This document shows, in pieces, positions 61,134 to 64,000 of a stretch of DNA of 64,000 bases. The first letter of the stretch is position 1. Every line of letters starts with the position of its first letter. Under the pieces are notes generated by a model, which was not told the origin of the DNA, ran no database searches, and worked only from the letters and a program-made list of their open reading frames with translations. Source of the stretch: Amoebophrya sp. A120 (taxonomy: Eukaryota; Protista; Dinoflagellata); NCBI GenBank assembly GCA_905178155.1, contig CAJINV010000005.1:4071556-4135555 (forward strand), given 5' to 3'. Position numbers and translations under genes: made by a program.

Positions 61134-63598
61134 CTACAGCTTGTTGCTGGCGCCATCCCCCACCAGCGTCTTGCCCTTCATTGCTGCAGCTGGCGGTCGC
61201 GGCCCTTTATAGGACTTTAAGAAGGCCTCGATATCGTCGGACCCATAGCCCTTGGCCCGCATGCGCGCGTTTCTGCCCTTCGGATCTTTCGTTTTCAAAT
61301 CCAGGCATCCATCCTGAAACTGACAAATCGCTTCCACAACGGACAACCGGCCGCTCCCCGCCGCGAGCAGGAGAACAGAGAGGCCCTCGCGATTCTTCTC
61401 ATTTATGTCAATCGGGTTCATATCCAAACAAAAAACTTGTACTTGATCACAATACAACATTTTTGCACATTCTTCTTGCGAATACAAAAAGTCCAATTCT
61501 ACTGGTGGCATGCGTACTACTATAAATGCATCAACGTAAAGTATTTACGAAGAAAAAAAAAGAACTTTGTCACGCGAGAGAAATAAATTTCTGAAGATGC
61601 AAGACTTGCAAAAGTGTGAGTACTATGACTGTGTGGTTTTTTCTCGCATAATTCATCAGCTGGAGTTTCTGTTTTTTCCGCAGGATCCTGTGGGAGTGGT
61701 CCTTTTCTGACAGACTTGTGCTCGCCCCGCCGCTCCATCGCGTGGACCATTCCAAAACTTGCTGAATGATGTGTGCGTGACCAAACGCAGCGGCAATGTG
61801 GAGGCAGGTGTTGCCGCGCTTGTCCTGCGCCGAGAGGTCCAGAATGTCATCAGGGTCGTAGGCGGTTTGCTTTTCAACAGATACGTCGTCCCCCTCCCCC
61901 AGATGTTGTTCATCTTCAGTGGCTTCTGTGGTCGTTTCTGTTTCTCCACCCCTTCCAGCAAGAATTGTCGTGGAGGCAGCTGCAGTGTCTGGAGCAGCCG
62001 CGGATGCGTCAGAGCAAACGGTTCTTTCCCAACTGAAGAGAGCGCGCAGCGTTTCGCTCCACTTTCGCTTTTGTCCCTCGTCTGCTGACGAGGCATCCAG
62101 GAGATCGTCAGCCATCATCAGTTCCGCGCATTTGAAAATGGTAGCGACCAGTTCTGTTTCCCCGAGGGCGCAGGCGTGGATGAGCGGAGTGGTGCCCTTT
62201 TTGTTCGCCAGATTCAGCAGCTCCTCCTCGCGGATCTTCCTGCGCAAAACTACATTGTCGAGAAACAAGTCTTGCAATATTTTTCGGCTCCCGTTCCTAA
62301 TCGCGTACAGCAAAACGGAATCTCCGTCACCCTCGTCAAGAAGGGAAGCTTCCTTCCCTAGGTTGAGCTGCAATGAAAGGTCCAACTGCGCCGCCAGGTC
62401 TGGCGACTTGCATATTCGGTCGTAAAATATATCGTTACGGTATCAAAATGAAAAACCGCCCCACCTCCACAGGTGATAGATAAAATAAGTATGTGCGCTG
62501 CGATTGCGAAGTAATTCTGATAACGCCGCAAAAAAAAAGTGGCCCCCTGTACATTGATGCAGCCTTCTTACCGTCAACTTTTCGCGATGGAACCTTTCTA
62601 TCTGACGCACCAAATGCTGAGCAAAAGTTGTCTTTTCCTCTTGCGCTAGGCACCCAGAAGTGCCAGAGCGGCCTTTCCAAAAAAAAGTCCGTCCCACATG
62701 ACATTGACAAAGAGATGGCCCCGCGCCCGCCCTGCAAATGCAATAGAAAAAAATACAACGAAAAATCTCGTCAATGATGATCGTTCGTCTACTAAACCGG
62801 GGAGTTGTACTTATCTAAACGTCCACATAACAAGGTGGTCGTCCATTTTCAGCGAAGAACATTCCACCTGCGTGGAGGTGGGGCCGCACTGTTGGCGTTT
62901 GATATGCCTCCGTGCACCGCAACCATCAGCGGAGATTCGCCGCGAAGCGTCGCCAAGTTCAGGTCGAGCAACATTGGCGGACTATTCTCCACGCTCCGCG
63001 TTTCATCGTCGTGAGACGACGCGGTCGTGAAACAGAAGGCTTCAGCGATTTTCACCTGCCTGAAGAACTCGTCGAGAATCTCTTTTGACGCGTTTTGATT
63101 GGCTAAAATGTGCAATGCGCCCTGCCCCATTTCGTTTTGCGCGTTCAGCACGGTTTTCAGCACGGCCGTACAACCAGAAGACCTTATTTCGCCAGCGCGG
63201 TCTTCTTCATCCTTCGCTTTCTCGAGAATCTTACCGAGCAGCAGTTCAAACACCGCCTTGCAATGCGCCACCGCTGCACTAGGCTCGTCGCACGACTGCT
63301 GACACAGCATGAGCAAGGCACTGTCGCCCCATCCATCCTTCAGGCCCAAGTCGATTTTTGGCGCGCTGGCGAGTTTTGAAACCACTTCTACGGGTAGCTG
63401 TCGCTTGATGGCGTAGTGGAGCGCAGTTTGCCGTCCCGGCCCCGCAGCGTTTACGCCCCCGATGGCTACCAAGGCGTCAGCGGCTTGGAGGAATAGCGAC
63501 GCGTCCTCAGACGTCTCGGCGTCGGAAAAGACTTTCAATTGCTCCAGCTCCGCAGAGGCAATACTCCACTTGCCCTTTTTGTCCTCGAAATCCACCAT
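61134..63598 (-). CDS. Ankyrin-repeat protein
   Basis: GRQTALHYAIK, GDSALLML, GQGALHILA, GESPLMVAV, GTTPLIHAC, GNTCLHIAAAFGH and GLSVLLLAAGSG across ORFs 62849..63598, 61570..62385 and 61134..61511. Confidence 0.9.
62441..62904. mobile_element. Decayed family-4-like introner in the ankyrin gene
   Basis: TATCAAAATGAAAAACCGCCCCACCTCCAC ... GTGGAGGTGGGGCCGCACTGTTGGCGTTTGATA. TSD diverged (TACGG/TGCCT), but removing element+5 gives VHGG|NDIFYDRICKSPDLAAQLDLSL in frame. Confidence 0.8.
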
Positions 63599-64000
63599 AT
63601 TTCTTCACTCCAACAGGTAGACCTACGCCGAATCTTGCACTTGGATATGAATGTTGAGAAAAAGAATGAAAAGTCTGTCACTAAAACTAATGCTAGAAAT
63701 TATAGGGGGAGCAAAACAACAATTATTTCTCGTGGGGAAAATTCTGCATGTGCATGATGGATTGGCCTGGAGCTAGGTACGTAGAGATGCATGGACTAAA
63801 TTGGAACCAATGCCCAAGCTCGAGCCAATTATCCAAACCAGGTTTGTATTTTTCATTTTTATGTTGCACATCTTTCGCTTTGCATTGTGTGTATCTGTAT
63901 TTCTTGACGCGGAGAACCATACAAAGGCAGAAGCCATGGGGATCCTGTTTCGCACCAATTGAACCGGAGACCAGACCTGTTTATTTTTTGCTTCTACCAT

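Noticed and set aside
61516-61626. Possible introner-type intron in the ankyrin gene with ATAGT/GTAGT repeat
   Set aside because: The frame can be restored but there is no TIR pair; the junction is ambiguous.
1-64000. Autonomous transposase, tRNA or rRNA genes
   Set aside because: None recognisable by eye; a profile search would be needed to exclude a degraded transposase in 19.3-24.4 kb.

Overview
Eukaryotic genomic DNA, most likely from the parasitic syndinian dinoflagellate Amoebophrya (inferred from TAT...ATA inverted-repeat non-canonical introns and unidirectional gene order). About 11 multi-exon protein genes can be reconstructed, all on the minus strand: an RRM protein, gamma-tubulin, two adjacent OSCA/TMEM63(CSC1)-like channels, a TTC29-like TPR protein, an ankyrin-repeat protein, a CxxC..HxxC zinc-finger protein and several unknowns. 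The dominant feature is 34 MITE-like 'introner' elements of at least 7 terminal-inverted-repeat (TIR) families, 187-631 bp long, nearly all ending TAT...ATA and flanked by a 5-bp target-site duplication (TSD). In each of the 33 copies inside a coding region, removing the element plus exactly 5 nt restores the reading frame, usually without GT-AG, and copies occur in both orientations. Several decayed copies have become GT-AG introns with the same element+5 geometry, which looks like a snapshot of conversion from transposon to canonical intron. A gene-poor island at about 19.3-24.45 kb holds a quasi-periodic 40-bp motif, hairpin-rich segments, a 41-bp minisatellite and telomere-like repeats. 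All splicing statements are inferred from reading-frame restoration by hand; there are no RNA data.
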